Of a stretch of 64,000 nt of DNA, positions 24,670 through 37,500 are shown piece by piece (the first letter of the stretch is position 1; each line of letters opens with the position of its first letter). The notes beneath the pieces were generated by a model. That model worked only from the letters and a program-made list of their open reading frames with translations. It made no database searches and was not told where the DNA came from. A program made the translations under genes and the position numbers. Origin of the DNA: Felis catus (taxonomy: Eukaryota); NCBI RefSeq assembly GCF_018350175.1, contig NC_058368.1:60452001-60516000 (forward strand). Direction: 5' to 3'.

Positions 24670-25860
24670 AATTGTGAGTCAAGCAGACACCATTTTACCT
24701 GTCATCAAAAAGTACAGCCTAGTGGGAGAAGCAGTTATTAAAATAAGGTAAGTGTTATGAAGGACAAATGCAATGTGCTGTCAATGAAAGATCTAACTTA
24801 GTCTAGGTAAATGTCCTCAGCATTTGCTGGAAAATAAAAACTTTGATTTTTTCATTGAGATCCAAAGGATGAGTGTTAACTGACAAAAAAGAGAACAGTC
24901 AGTCAGAATGGTCAGAGGTCAGAGCAGAGGGTACAGTGCTTGTGACAGCCTAAGGCAGGGAGCAGTATTGCTCACTAGAGGAAATGAAGGAAGGTCAGAG
25001 TGAAAAGAAAGACTAGGAATACGTTAGTGATAAAGCTTAAGAGTGAAATGCAGACCAGATAATGATGCGCCCTGCACATGTTAAAAGTGGGGAAACCACT
25101 GAAAAATTATGAACAAGAAAGCTGCAGTCAGATTTTCACTATTAAATGATCGATTTTCCTGTACTGTAGAGAAAAAATTTGCAGGACAGACAGAAACTGG
25201 AACCACTTAGAAGGATGTTGCATTAATTCAGGGAATAGTAGATGATCACTTGGGTTAGGATCCTGGCAGAAAAGATGCTGAGAGATGCAGAGTCTGAGAG
25301 CTATTTAGGAGGCAAAATCAATAGAGAATCAGGCCTCACTGATATGGGGGATGAGAGATAGGAGGGTGTCTTGAAGGATTCTCAGGTTTCCAACTTGTAC
25401 AATTGGATGGATGCTGTTATCATTTATTCAGATAGGAGACATTATAGGAAAACACTGCAAGTTCACTATTGAACATGGAAGCATACAAACAGTTATTCAG
25501 ATATATGGGGTTAGAATTCAAAAGGGCTGAGATGCAGACACATATTTATATAGTTAGTCAGACCATATTCCTAACAACTGAAGCCATGGGTATTGTGTGC
25601 ACACTTAACTGAAGGACACTGAGGGAGAAAAGATACATGACCAATGACACACTGCAAAGAAATTCAACAGTTAAACATTGGATAGAAAAAAATAAAATAA
25701 GAAAACAAAAAAAAAAAACAAAAACAAACAAAAAAAACAAACAAAAATACATTGGATAGAAAAAAATGGACCATCCATGTGGTTGAGAAGGGAGAATTAA
25801 AAGGTTAGAGGAATGCCAGTAGAGGGTGGTATCAGAGAAACCGAAGCAATATGCTATCAT
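24670..25860 (-). mobile_element. L2 LINE fragment
   Basis: ACAGCCTAGTGGGAGAAGCAG, TTGAGATCCAAAGGATGAG, TTTAGGAGGCAAAATCAATAG and GAAGCCATGGG motifs of reverse L2. Confidence 0.75.
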
Positions 25861-26077
25861 TTTTATTATGGCTGTTATTATGAATGTTATTTTATTTAGA
25901 AGTAGTGGTTTAATGTTAACTTAAAGGTAGTACAAAGTGCTTCTGAAATATCAGGCAAGATGAAAGTTGAACTCAGTGATATGAAGAACAGTGATCTAGA
26001 AAGGAAGAGCTCTCTCAGTACAGGGGTACACAGGACAGAATGGAGTGAAGAATGAGACCATGATGAAGAAATTTCTT

Positions 26078-27667
26078 CCCCCCCCATTTAAAAATTTATT
26101 TATTTTTTTAACATTTTTATTTAATTTTGAGAGACAGAGAGAGACAGCATGAGCAGAGGAGGGGCAGAGATAAAGGGGGGCACAGAATCTGAAGCCGACT
26201 CTAGGCTCTGAGCTGTCAGCACAGGGCCTGATGCAGGGCTCAAACTCATGAACCATGAGATCATGACGTGAGCCGAAGTCGGACATTTAACAGACTGAGT
26301 CACCCACATGCCCCTAAAGAAGTATTTAGAACACATAGAACAAGGCAACATGTACTCTCTCCTCTCGTCTTCCAGGGGGAGTCTGTTGGTGGTTCCTCCC
26401 CTGTTGCATTATTGCTCTCTGAGTCAGTGTCACCATCACTGGCCCCTTCCTCAGTCATACTGTCCACTCCCTGCTGCCTGCTCGCTTTGTCCTCAGGAGT
26501 AGATGTGCCTTCACCTCCTGTTGGCTTTCTGTCCCTTGTTCAAGACACGTCTTCTCTGTCTCCATTGGGAAGCTCTCGCCATCTCTCTTTACCTCAGTCC
26601 TCCTGGCAGCTTGCTCTTCCTCAGGAACCATGCTACTCTGACTGCTTTCAGCTTGTTCTGTGGCCTCTTTCTCCCTTTTCTCCTGCCTTTTGTGAGTGTG
26701 TTCCTCTGCCTGTGCAACTTCAGGAGCATTTTTTCCCCATATCCATTACTACTTTGAAATCACACAAGCTTTTAAGTTCATTGTTAAATGAATCTCTGCT
26801 TTCCAGGAATTTCCTCTTCTCTTCTTGGTGTCGCTCCTCTATTTGAAGAAGTTCATCTTCTGGTGTTTGCTGATGAGCCATTAAGGACTGGACCTTTCAT
26901 TTGAGAACGTGCATTCTAGTTGTCGTGACAACTGATCAAACACCACACTCTCACTAAGGATTTCACAGATGAGACAGTGGTTTCTTTGGAAATGGACAGT
27001 GGCTGTATACTTCCCTGAAAAGCCATCATCTTGATTTTCTGGATCTTTGGCAGGCTGAATACTCATGTAAGGTTCTCCTTTCGCCATGCAAGACTGTCTC
27101 TGTTGACTTTCTTTCTCTAAAGAAGCTTCTGTACAACCTTGTACATTTATGTAAGCAGTGTATTGGGGGGAAATATGATAGGCCTTCACAGATTCATTGT
27201 ATTCTTTTTCTGCTTTGTATTTGTCTACATATTCTTGTTTTTCTTCATCAGAGATCTCTCCACATGCCACTAATAACCTTGCCAATCTTCTCTGAACTTT
27301 AGATCATGGTTGAAAGCTTTTCCTCGGTCCCAGACCTTTCTGCTGTACCTCACATAGGCCATCAGTGGTTTATCTGGTGGCTTTGACAGTTTGGAGTTGT
27401 AATACCAGAGGATGCCATGGCCTGGCATTGGTGCCTGGGTTCCCTCCAGGGCTGCAGTTGTTGTAGGGGAGGTGACTGTATGGATTGCATCCCACAAACC
27501 CTGGCCTGCTGGGCATGTGTGTTGAAGTAGCTGGGGTAGGTAGTGGGGCATATGATGGCCTTTTTGACATTTTGGGAGATTAAGTTCTCAGTTCCTTAAG
27601 AATGAATCTGAGACACCATGGACAGAAAAAGTGCCCACAGCTCCAGCGTCATTTCCCTTTTGTGATC
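26078..27667 (-). pseudogene. SMARCE1: Processed pseudogene of SMARCE1 (BAF57)
   Basis: Intronless. ATG at 27570 MSKRPSYAP...[32 protein letters not shown] box; EEKQEY...[10 protein letters not shown]...FQRNH...EILSESVV; acidic C-terminus to about 26352. 5'UTR retained, frameshifts present. TSD ATGAAGAA(A/G)TTTCTT at 26063-26077 / 27668-27682. Confidence 0.96.
26095..26314 (-). mobile_element. CanSINE inserted in the 3'UTR of the SMARCE1 retrocopy
   Basis: Complete reverse copy splitting CATTTAAAAA / TAAAGAAGTATTTAGAACAC. Confidence 0.93.
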
Positions 27668-27747
27668 ATGAAGAAGTTTCTTAAGTTGAGCCCTAAAGAT
27701 GAGAATTCAGGGTGGTAGTTGGGTAGTACATTGACCTTGAAAAGGGA

Positions 27748-27787
27748 TATATCTATATCTATATCTATATCTATATCTATATCTATA
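27748..27787. repeat. (ATCTAT)n hexanucleotide repeat
   Basis: About six tandem units. Confidence 0.93.
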
Positions 27788-28688
27788 TTTATCATTTAAG
27801 GCTAGATAGATTTCAGCCTGTATCAGTGCCAATGGAAAAGATAAAGAGGTAGAATGTAATATATAGAAAAGCGATTAATCAGGCCAAGAGGAGGCAGGAG
27901 CAGTTAAATGCAGAACTTCTTTGTTCCTGAGAAGTAGCAAAAGAGAGACAGGTACACATCCTAAAAATGAATGTTTAAAATACTCCAAAATCCTTTCTAA
28001 ATGTTCACTCTTATTAAGTCACTCAATCCATAGCCATAGGAAGTAGAAGTACTGAAATTACCATTTTGTAGATGAGAGATGAAGTAAATTGTCAAAGGTC
28101 CATTTTGTAGGTGATGGAACCAGGAATCAATGGAACCTGGAAAGACTGACTCCAGCATCAAGTGGTTAGCCACTACCCTCTACTCTCTATCTGATCTTAT
28201 ACTTTTTCACCTAAACTGTGAGAGCTCTCAGGCAAGCCAGTCTCATGACCTCCACTGTTTTTCAATAAGACGAATTCAATGTTTATAATAAGGTACATAT
28301 GATTATTCTAGTATTTTGGATGAACAGAGGCTTAGAGGAGATGAGAAATGACTTCCCTTTTATTTATAGTAAATGGTAGAGACTAAATTTGACCCCAAAT
28401 CTGTCTAAACTTAAAGCCATTGACCTTTTCCCTTGCCAAGATGAATGATTTTCAAGTTCTCATGCTTAAGCTGCTCTCCTACTGATCACAGTTACTTCCA
28501 GAATTGATCTCTCAACCCTGCTTTAAAAGAAAGCTTTTTTACCCCTTTTCCTCTCTAGAGCCTACTACTGTAATTCAAACATGGTGCCCTTGTCAGTGCT
28601 CCACAATACCCCATACCTACTTCTATGACAATACACATCTTTGCATTATAAACATCTGGTTAGTTATGAAACAGGACAACCACTAACA

Positions 28689-28951
28689 CTTTTTTTTTAT
28701 GTTTAGTTATTTATTTTGAGAGAGGGAGCACATGTGTGTGAGCAGGGTAGGGGCAGGGAGAGAAGGAGAGAGAGAATCTCAAGCAGGCTCTATGCCGTGA
28801 GTATAGAGCTCTAGGAGGGGCTCAAACCTGTGACCATGAGATCATGACCTGAACTGAAACCAAGAGACAGGTGTAGCGACAGCAGAGTGGTTAGTCAGTT
28901 AAACATCAGACTCTTGATTTCTGCGCAGATCATGATCTCACAGTTTGTGGG

Positions 28952-29012
<61 letters not shown>

Positions 29013-29100
29013 ATCTCTGGATAAAAACAAATAAATAAACTTAAAAACCAAAAAAGAGTCTGACGCTCAACAGACTAAGCCATCCAGGGTGCCCCCCCCC
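28689..29100 (-). mobile_element. CanSINE interrupted by an opposite-strand CanSINE
   Basis: Reverse copy breaks at GAAACCAAGAG (about 28867) and resumes at AAGAGTCTGACGCTCAAC (about 29054). Confidence 0.88.
28870..29053 (+). mobile_element. Internally deleted CanSINE with expanded (CT)n
   Basis: GTCAGTTAAACATCAGACTCTTGATTT...TCATGATCTCACAGTTTGTGGGATT joined directly to (CT)n and AATAAA tail. Confidence 0.85.
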
Positions 29101-30029
29101 TCCTTTTTATAAGTGAGAAGGGCTTCCAGTTGCTAAGAAGTATTCTTGCTGAAAGTAACCTGGAACAGATCTTGTAGATTATCATACTTACTCATTTCAG
29201 TGTCTCAGCTTTATGAAAGCATTGGATAGATCATCTATGAAGCCCTAGGGCTTTGACAAAATCAAGGAGGGTTGCCTTGAATTGCTGGATTCTGAGATCC
29301 AATATTACAATAACACCTTCTGTGGAGAAAGGGTGCCATGTCTGATATATTTGGTGAGAGGAGACCCCAAGTACACCAAAGGAGGTTAACAGGGTGAGTG
29401 GAGTACTCTGAGCTGGTGGGAAAGTCTTGCCAATTCTTGTGGGGAATCTTAGCCTGTGTTTAAGGCTGAACACTACTGAGACGCACTAATCATAATATTC
29501 CATTTGCCATATAATTTCCCAGCTGAATATTAGGGAAAGCAATGACAACTATCCAAATTAGTCCTTACTGGTGGACACCTTTGTGGTTCTGGACAGTTGC
29601 TGACCAGCCACGCACCACAGCAGCAGTGGACAGGCTTCATCTTCCTTACTCTGCAGGACCAGGTCTAGAAAACGTGTGTGCTTTGGAAGTAAGAAACAGT
29701 GACAAACCTCTGATTCTCTTACCCTGGGATTGAAAGTCGCATTCCCTATCTACCAAGTGACTCAAGTTTCTTCAACTAGTCTGTGGCAGGACATCTTAAG
29801 AGATAAATATTAGATTCAATTATTTATGGAGAAGCATGAGGTGCTAATTGGGAAAATAAGGATCATTGCCTGTTTGTTACCTAATAGTTAAACAGAGAAA
29901 AAGGATTTTCTTTTGCTAACTCCTATTCCAGTTTGAGAAGACCCTGCTGATTTATTTTTGCCACTCCTATATTGCAAATGTCTGCTCAAAATGGAATTTA
30001 ATTGTATATTTGATAAGAAAAAATAGGAA

Positions 30030-30213
30030 GGGGCACCTGGGTGGGCACCTGACTTCATGATCTTGAGCTCCAGTTATGATCTTAGGTTCATGAGTTTGAG
30101 CCCCACATCAGGCTTTGTGCTGACAGTGCTGAGCCTGCTTGATTGTCTCTCTCCTCTCTCTGCCCCATTCTCTCTCTCTCTTCTCAAAATAAATAAATAA
30201 ACTTAAAAAAAAA
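30030..30213 (+). mobile_element. CanSINE
   Basis: GGGGCACCTGGGTGG head with rearranged interior, CT tract, A tail. Confidence 0.9.
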
Positions 30214-30289
30214 CAGGAAAAGCATAATACAGGTATTTTTACCTTTGGTGGTAGGCTCACATGGACATAGTTCTAAACAATTACAAGAA

Positions 30290-30510
30290 CTATTTTATTA
30301 CACTTATACACTATGCTAGGCATGTTACAGATATTATCGTATTTAATACTTACACAACTCTGTATGACAGGTACTGCTATTTGTTAAAACCTGAGACTTA
30401 GGCATTAAATTATATGGCCAGTATCATATAATTAGAAATTGATAAAATCAGTATTGAATCAGACTTAAAAGACAAGTAGTTTGGTTACAGAAACCATACT
30501 CTTAATCCTA
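30290..30510 (-). mobile_element. MIR fragment
   Basis: CTATGCTAGGCATGTTACA...ATTTAATACTTACACAACTCTGTATGACAGGTACT...CATACTCTTAA. Confidence 0.65.
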
Positions 30511-30884
30511 AACATAATTTTGTGCCTTGTCTAAAGGACTAGGCTGAAACTATTTTAAACGGATTCTGAGTAAAGTAAAATCTCCTTCACTATCAATCTT
30601 TTAAGCCCAAAAACCTTTTATTTGCTTGAGAACTGTGATTTTTGAAAATATATTTATTAACTTCAATAGGCTATCTTTGATTTGCATCAATAATTTTGGA
30701 AGAGATGCTATGGCTATAAATTGTGCAATTTCAAAATTAACCTCAGCAGATAGTGAGTAAAAACCATTTATTGAGTTTTTCTTGAAGGAGTGCAACGTTA
30801 TGTAACTTTTGCCATGGCCTCTCTTTCCTAAGTTATTCACACAAAAGTGGAGGAATTACATAATTAAAAATTAGGTGATACCAT

Positions 30885-31110
30885 GGGGCGCCTGGGTGGC
30901 TCAGTCGGTTAGGCAGCCGACTTCGGCTCAGGTCATGATCTCGCGGTCTGTGAGTTTGAGCCCTGCGTCGGAATCTGTGCTGACAGCTCAGAGCCTGGAG
31001 CCTGTTTCGGATTCTGTGTCTCCCTCTCTCTGACCCTCTCCCGTTCATGCTCTGTCTCTCTCTGTCTCAAAAATAAATAAACGTTAAAAAAATTTTTTTT
31101 AAATAAAAAA
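30885..31110 (+). mobile_element. Young CanSINE
   Basis: Perfect 19-bp TSD AAAAATTAGGTGATACCAT (30866-30884 / 31111-31129). Confidence 0.97.
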
Positions 31111-31834
31111 AAAAATTAGGTGATACCATAGAAAAGGACACTGAATTGAACCAAAATAATACAATGTTCTTTTCATAAGGTCTAAAGTTGTTTTACACCC
31201 ACCAGCCTCCCTACCCCCATTTAACGTTCTTGTCTTTCCCTCTCATACATAAAGCATATGGTTCCATACAGCAGATGTATCCTTGCAGATGTTATGATGC
31301 TTTCCTGCATGTTCAGAAAGAAATGTGTCACACTGTGTCACGTGAAGATTACTGATAACTGAAAATTAGAATGCAGACTTATATAAGGAAAAATTAATTG
31401 GACATGAGTCAATAGTCCCTTAGAAATTCTATGGCTTTGGGAGGAGCCAAGGTGATGGAACAGCATGGAAGTTTTTTTTGTGTGTCTTGCATCCATGAAA
31501 TACAGCCAGACCAACACTAAACCATCCTGCACACCTAGAAAACTGATCTGAGGATTAACACAACAATCTGCACAACCTGAACCACAGAATTAAGGAGGAA
31601 TATGGCACAAAGAGGTGAACTTGGGGAGTGAGAAGCCGCAGCAGGCAGGGAGGTGCTTTTGAGGGCAGATAGAGGACAGAGACGGGGATGGTGGTGAAAG
31701 AATATGGGAAAAGCACCCCTCCACAAAAGCAGCTGGAGAGAAAGTGGAAAATTGGAAACAGCCACAGGGACTAAACTAAAGAGGAAGAAAGAAGAAAAGA
31801 GAGGGTTTAAATTCCATTAAGACCGTATACAAGG

Positions 31835-32052
31835 TGGGGGGCACCTGGGTGGCTCAGTCAGTTAAGCATCTGACTTCGGCTTAGGTCATGATCTCATGGT
31901 TCGTGAGTTTGAGCCCCATGTTGGGCTCTGTGCTGACAGCTCAGAGCCTGGAACCTGCTTCAGAGTCTGTGTCTCCCTCTCTCTCTGCACGTCCCCCCCC
32001 CCAACCCCGCTCAAACTCTGTTTCTCTCTCACAAATAAACATTAAAAAAAAA
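31835..32052 (+). mobile_element. CanSINE nested in L1 5'UTR
   Basis: Complete copy; diverged TSD AAGACCGTATACAAGG / AAGACTGTAAAGAAGG. Confidence 0.94.
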
Positions 32053-33612
32053 GACTGTAAAGAAGGGGAGCACAAAGTCTACAACTCCACAGCTCGACAC
32101 CTGTCAGTGCTCTGGTGGGAAGGGCGAATCCCCAGGAGCAGAGTGGGGTCCGGGAGGTTCTCAGGCTGTACGGGGAAAAGCGGTTCCACTGCTGGAAGGA
32201 CATTTGGTAGAGACTGTTGAAGCCACCTGATCCCAGCAGACCCCAGAGAATGGCCACATTCACTGGTGCTGGGGCAAGGTCGTTAGGGCAAAGCCTGGTG
32301 CCAGATGTATGTTGTGATTTTCCATAATCCCTGAAACGCTGCTGCTACACTATCTCATGAACTTTTTCTGGGGTGGGCTAGCACCTGGCCACAGTCTTGA
32401 GGCACTGGCAACAACAGGGTCCCACAAGCGTTCCTGGGTGCAGTTGGCATTCGGCCATTGCTCAGTGAGACTCTCCCACAGAGGGGTGGAATGGGTCAAA
32501 GCCGCAGTCCTTCAGAAGTAAGGGGCCGGTGAAAAGAGCCACATCTGAGACAAAACTCGGAAGAGAGGAAATCCCTGGGGCTTGGTCACAGACAGTGAAA
32601 AAGCAGGGAGTGGATGAAAGCTGAAGATGCAGGACGGGCACACGATTGCTGATTGGGGAAAACGGAGTTCCTATACTAGACACAGGGTAGCTGGGTGACA
32701 CCATTGTCACCGCTCCAGTGCATGTGCATATGCACCTACAAGCACCACAACACTCCATCCCAGGAGGGTGGCAGTGCCATCTAGTGGAGAATGGAGCATT
32801 ACACTGAGCCCCGCCCAACTTGGCCAACCTCACTCTTCAAGAACAAAAGTCTCACCACCTACTTAGTTTATGGACTATAAAGCACTTCATAGTCTGACTT
32901 CTAGGGGATAATAAAGTAATTTTAGTCATTCTTCAATCTGTTAGCAGGTCCATATGTTCAATTTTCTTCCTTTTTTTTTGTTTTGGTTTGGTTTTTACTT
33001 TTTTTCACTTCTTTTCTTTTTCTTGAATATACAAAGAGAAAAATCATTTTTATTTTCAATTTTTATTAAAAATATTTTTCTTTAATTTTTTTAGTATACT
33101 TTTTTATTTTTGTGTAAATGTTTTTCAAATTCTTTTTTACTTCCATCATTTGTTTAGTCTACTACAGTGTATTCCCTTTTTCAAATTTTCAAAGGATTTC
33201 CTTTTTTAAAATTTTTTATTTTTTCTCTTTTTTGTTTCTTTTCTTTTTCTTGAAAACAGAAAGAGAAAAACATAATTCTTACTTTCAATTTCTATTAAAA
33301 TATTTTTCTTTAATTTTTTTCTACTCCATTGTTTACATTCGTGTAAATTTTTACAAATTCTATATTACTCCCATCATCTCATTTTAGTCTAATTCAGTGT
33401 ATTAATTTTTTAAAAATCTCAAGTGATATCCTTCCCCCCCCCCTTTTTTTCTCTAATCTGTCAAACCACTTTCAACACCTACACAAAAACACACCTAGGA
33501 TTTATCATTATTTATTTGATTTTGTGTGTTTTAACTTTTTAATTTTAATATTTTTTAACTTTAATTTTAATTTTCATTTTTCTACCTCATTAATTACTTT
33601 TCTCCCTTCAAA

Positions 33613-34491
33613 AGGACAAAATGAAGGAATTCACCACAAAAGAAAGAGCACGAAGAAATGACATCCAGGGACTTAACCAACACAGTTACAACCAAGATGT
33701 CTGAACCAGATTTTAGAATCATGATAATAAAAATATGAGCTGGAGTAGAAAATAGGTTAGAATCCCTTTCTGCAGAGATAAAAGAAGTAACAAATAGCCA
33801 GAATGAAATTAAAAATCCTATAACTGAGCTGCATTCATGGATGGATGCTGCAGTGGGAAGGATGGATGAGGCAGAACAGAGAATCAGCAATATAGAGGAC
33901 AAACTTATACAGAATAATGAAGCAGAAAAAAAGAGGAAGATGCAGGCAAGAGCACGATTTAAGAGTAAAAGAAATCAGTGATTCATTAAAAAGGAACAAC
34001 ATCAAAAGCACAGGGCTCCCAGAGGAGGAAGAGAGAGAAATAGGGCTAGAAAGGTTATGTGACAAAATCATAGCGGAAAACTTTCCTAACTTGGGGAAAG
34101 ACACACACATCAAAATCCAGGAAGCACAGAGGACCCCCATTAGATTCAACAAAAACCAACCATCAACAAGGCATATCACAGTCAAATTCACAAAATTCTC
34201 AGACAAGGAAAGAATCATGAAAGCAGCAAAAAAAACCAGTCCCTAACCTACAATGGAAGACAGATCAGGCTCGCAATAGACCTATCCACAGAAACGTGGC
34301 ACGCCAGAAAGGAGTTGCGGGATATACTCAATGTGCTGAATCAGAAAAACATGCAGCCAAGAATTCTTTATCTAGCAAGGCTGTCATTCAAAAGAGAAGT
34401 AGAGATTAAAGGTTTCCCAGACAAACAAAAATTAAAGGAGTTCATGACCACTAAATCAGCCGGGCAAAAAATTTTAACGGGGACTCTCTGA
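33613..34491 (+). pseudogene. L1 ORF1 (disrupted)
   Basis: EISDSLKRNNI..GLPEEEE..IIAENFPNLGK..IQEAQRTP. Probable start mutated to AGG (33613), TGA at 33622, frameshifts. Confidence 0.92.
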
Positions 34492-34580
34492 GGGGAGAAA
34501 AGATTATATATATAGCAAAAGTAACACAGACTAGAAAAGACCAGAGAACACCACCAGAAACTCCAACACTACAAGCATCA

Positions 34581-37500
34581 TAATGCAATGAATTCATGTC
34601 TTTCAGTACTCATTCTAAACGTCAGTGGACTCAATGCTCCAATCAAAAGACATAGGATAACAGAATGGATAAGAAAACAAGATCCACCTATATGCTGTTT
34701 ACAAGAGACACACTTTAGACCGAAAGACACCTTCAGATTGAAAATAAGGGGATGGAGAACCATCTATCATGCTAATGGTCAACAAAAGAAAGCCAGAGTA
34801 GTCATACTTATATCAGACAATCTAGACCTTAAAACAAAGACTGTATCAAGAGATGCAGAAGGGCATTATATCATAATCAAGGGGTCTATCCACCAAGAAG
34901 ACCTAACAATTGTAAACATTTATGCGCCAAATGTGAGAGCACCCAAACATATAAATCAACTAATCACAAACAAAAACCCATTGATAGTAATACCATAATA
35001 GTAGGAGACTTCAACACCCCACTCACAGCAATGGACAGATCACCTAATCAAAAATTCAACAAGAAAACAATGACTTTGAATGACACACCAGACCAGATGG
35101 ACTTCACAGATATATTCAGCACACTTCATCCTAAAGCAGCAGAATATATATTCTTCTCCAGTGCACATAGAACGTTCTCCAGAATAGACCATATACTGGG
35201 ACACAAATCAGCCCTAACTAAGTACAAAAAGATCGAGATCATACCGTGCATATTTTCAGACCACAACGCTATGAAACTCGAAATCAACCACAAGGAAAAA
35301 TTTGGAAAGGTAACAAATACTTGGAGACTGAAGAACATCCTACTAAAGAATGAATGGGTTAACCAAGAAGTTAAAGAGGAAATTAAAAAGTAGATGGAAG
35401 CCAATGAAAATGATAACACCACAACCCAAAACCTCTGGGACCCAGCAAAGGTGGTCACAAGAGGAAAGTATATAGCAACAGGCCTTCCTAAAGAGGGAAG
35501 AAAGGTCTCAGATACACAACCTAACCTAATGCCTTAAGGAGCTGGGAAAAGAACAGCAAATACAACCCAAAACCAGAAGAAGACAGGAAAAAATAAAGAT
35601 TAGAGCAGAAATTAATGCTATCGAACCCAGAAAACAGTAGAACAGATCAATGAAACCAGAAGCTGGTTCTTTGAAAGAATTAACAAAATTGATAAACGAC
35701 TAGCCAGTTTGATCAAGAAGAAAAAGGAAAGGACCTAAATACATCAAATCAAGAATGAAACAGGAGAGATCAGAACCAACACAGTAGAAATAAAAACAAT
35801 AAAAAGAAAATATTTGAGCAATTATATGCCAATAAAATGGGCAATCTGAAAGAAATGGACAAATTCCTAGAAACATAAACACTACCAAAACTGAAACAGG
35901 AAGAAATAGAGAATTTGAACAGACCCATAACCAGTAAGGAAATCGAATTAGTAATCAAATATCTGCCAAAAAAAAAAAAAAAAAGGGTCCAAGGCAGGAT
36001 GGCTTTCCAGGGGAATTCTACCAATCATTTAAGGAAGAGTTAACACCTATTCTCTTGAAGGTGTTCCAAAAAATAGAAATGGAAGGAAAACTCCCAAACT
36101 CGTTCTATGGAAGCCAGCATTACCTTGATTCCAAAACCAGACAGATACCCCACTAAAAAGGAGAACTATCGACCGATTTCCCTGATGAACATGGATGTAA
36201 AAATCCTCAACAAGGTATTAGCCAACCTGACCCAACAATACGGTTAAAAAATTATTCACCACGACCAAGTGGGAATTATCCCTGGGATGCAGGGCTGGTT
36301 CAATATCCAGAAAACAATTAACATGATTCATCACATCAAGAAAAGAAAACACAAGAACCATATGATCCTCTCAATAGATGCAGAGAAAGCATTTGACAAA
36401 ATACAGCATCCTTTCTTGATAAAAATGCTCAAGAAAGTAGGAATAGAAGGATCGTTCCTCGAGATCATAAAAGCCATATATGAATGACCCAACGCTAAGA
36501 TCATCCTCAATGGGGAAAAACTGACAGCTTTCCCCCTAAGGTCAGGAACAAGACAGGGATGTCCACTCTCACCACGGTTATTCAACGTATTATTGGATGT
36601 CTTAGCCTCTGCAATCACACAACGCAAAGAAATAAAAGGCATCCAAATCAGCCATGAGGAGGTGAAACTTTCACTTTTCACAGATGACATGTTACTCTAT
36701 ATGGAAAACCCAAAAGATTACACAAAAAGACTGCTAGAATTAATTCATGCATTCAGCAAAGTTGCAGGATATAAAATCAATGCACAGAAATTGGTTGCAT
36801 TGTTATACACCAACAATGAAGTGACAGAAAGAGAAATCAAGGAATCGATCCCATTTACAGTTGCACCAAAAACCATAAAATACCTAGGAATAAACCTCAC
36901 CAAAGAGGTGAAAAATCTATATGCTGAAAATTATAGAAAGCTTAGGAAAGAAATTGAAAAACATGGAAAAAGATTCCATGCTCCTGGATAGGAAGAACAA
37001 ATATTGTTCAAATGTTGATACTACCCAAAGCAATCTACATATTCAATGCAATCCCTATCAGAGTAACACCAGCATTCTTCACAGCGTTAGAACAAATAAT
37101 CCTAAAATTTGTATGGAACCAGAAAAGACCCCGAATAGCCAAAGCAATCTTGAAAAAGAAAACCAAAGCAGGAGGTATCACAATCCCAGTCTTCAAGCTA
37201 TACTACAAAGCTGTAATCATCGGGGCGCCTGGGTGGCGCAGTCGGTTAAGCGTCCGACTTCAGCCAGGTCACCATCTCGCGGTCCGGGAGTTCGAGCCCC
37301 GCGTCGGGCTCTGGGCTGATGGCTCAGAGCCTGGAGCCTGTTTCCGATTCTGTGTCTCCCTCTCTCTCTGCCCCTCCCCTGTTCATGCTCTGTCTCTCTC
37401 TGTCCCAAAAATAAATAAACGTTGAAAAAAAAAATTTTTTTTAAATAAAAAAATAAAAAAAAAAAAAGCTGTAATCATCAAGACAGTATGGTACTGGCAC

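Noticed and set aside
26268..26846. 192-aa plus-strand ORF, the longest in the window
   Set aside because: Antisense shadow of the acidic SMARCE1 C-terminus fused to SINE sequence; Ser/Leu/Pro-rich with a non-ATG start and no sign of a real gene.
37012..37425. Apparent L1 ORF2-SINE fusion protein
   Set aside because: Incidental read-through into the inserted SINE within an L1 already disabled upstream.
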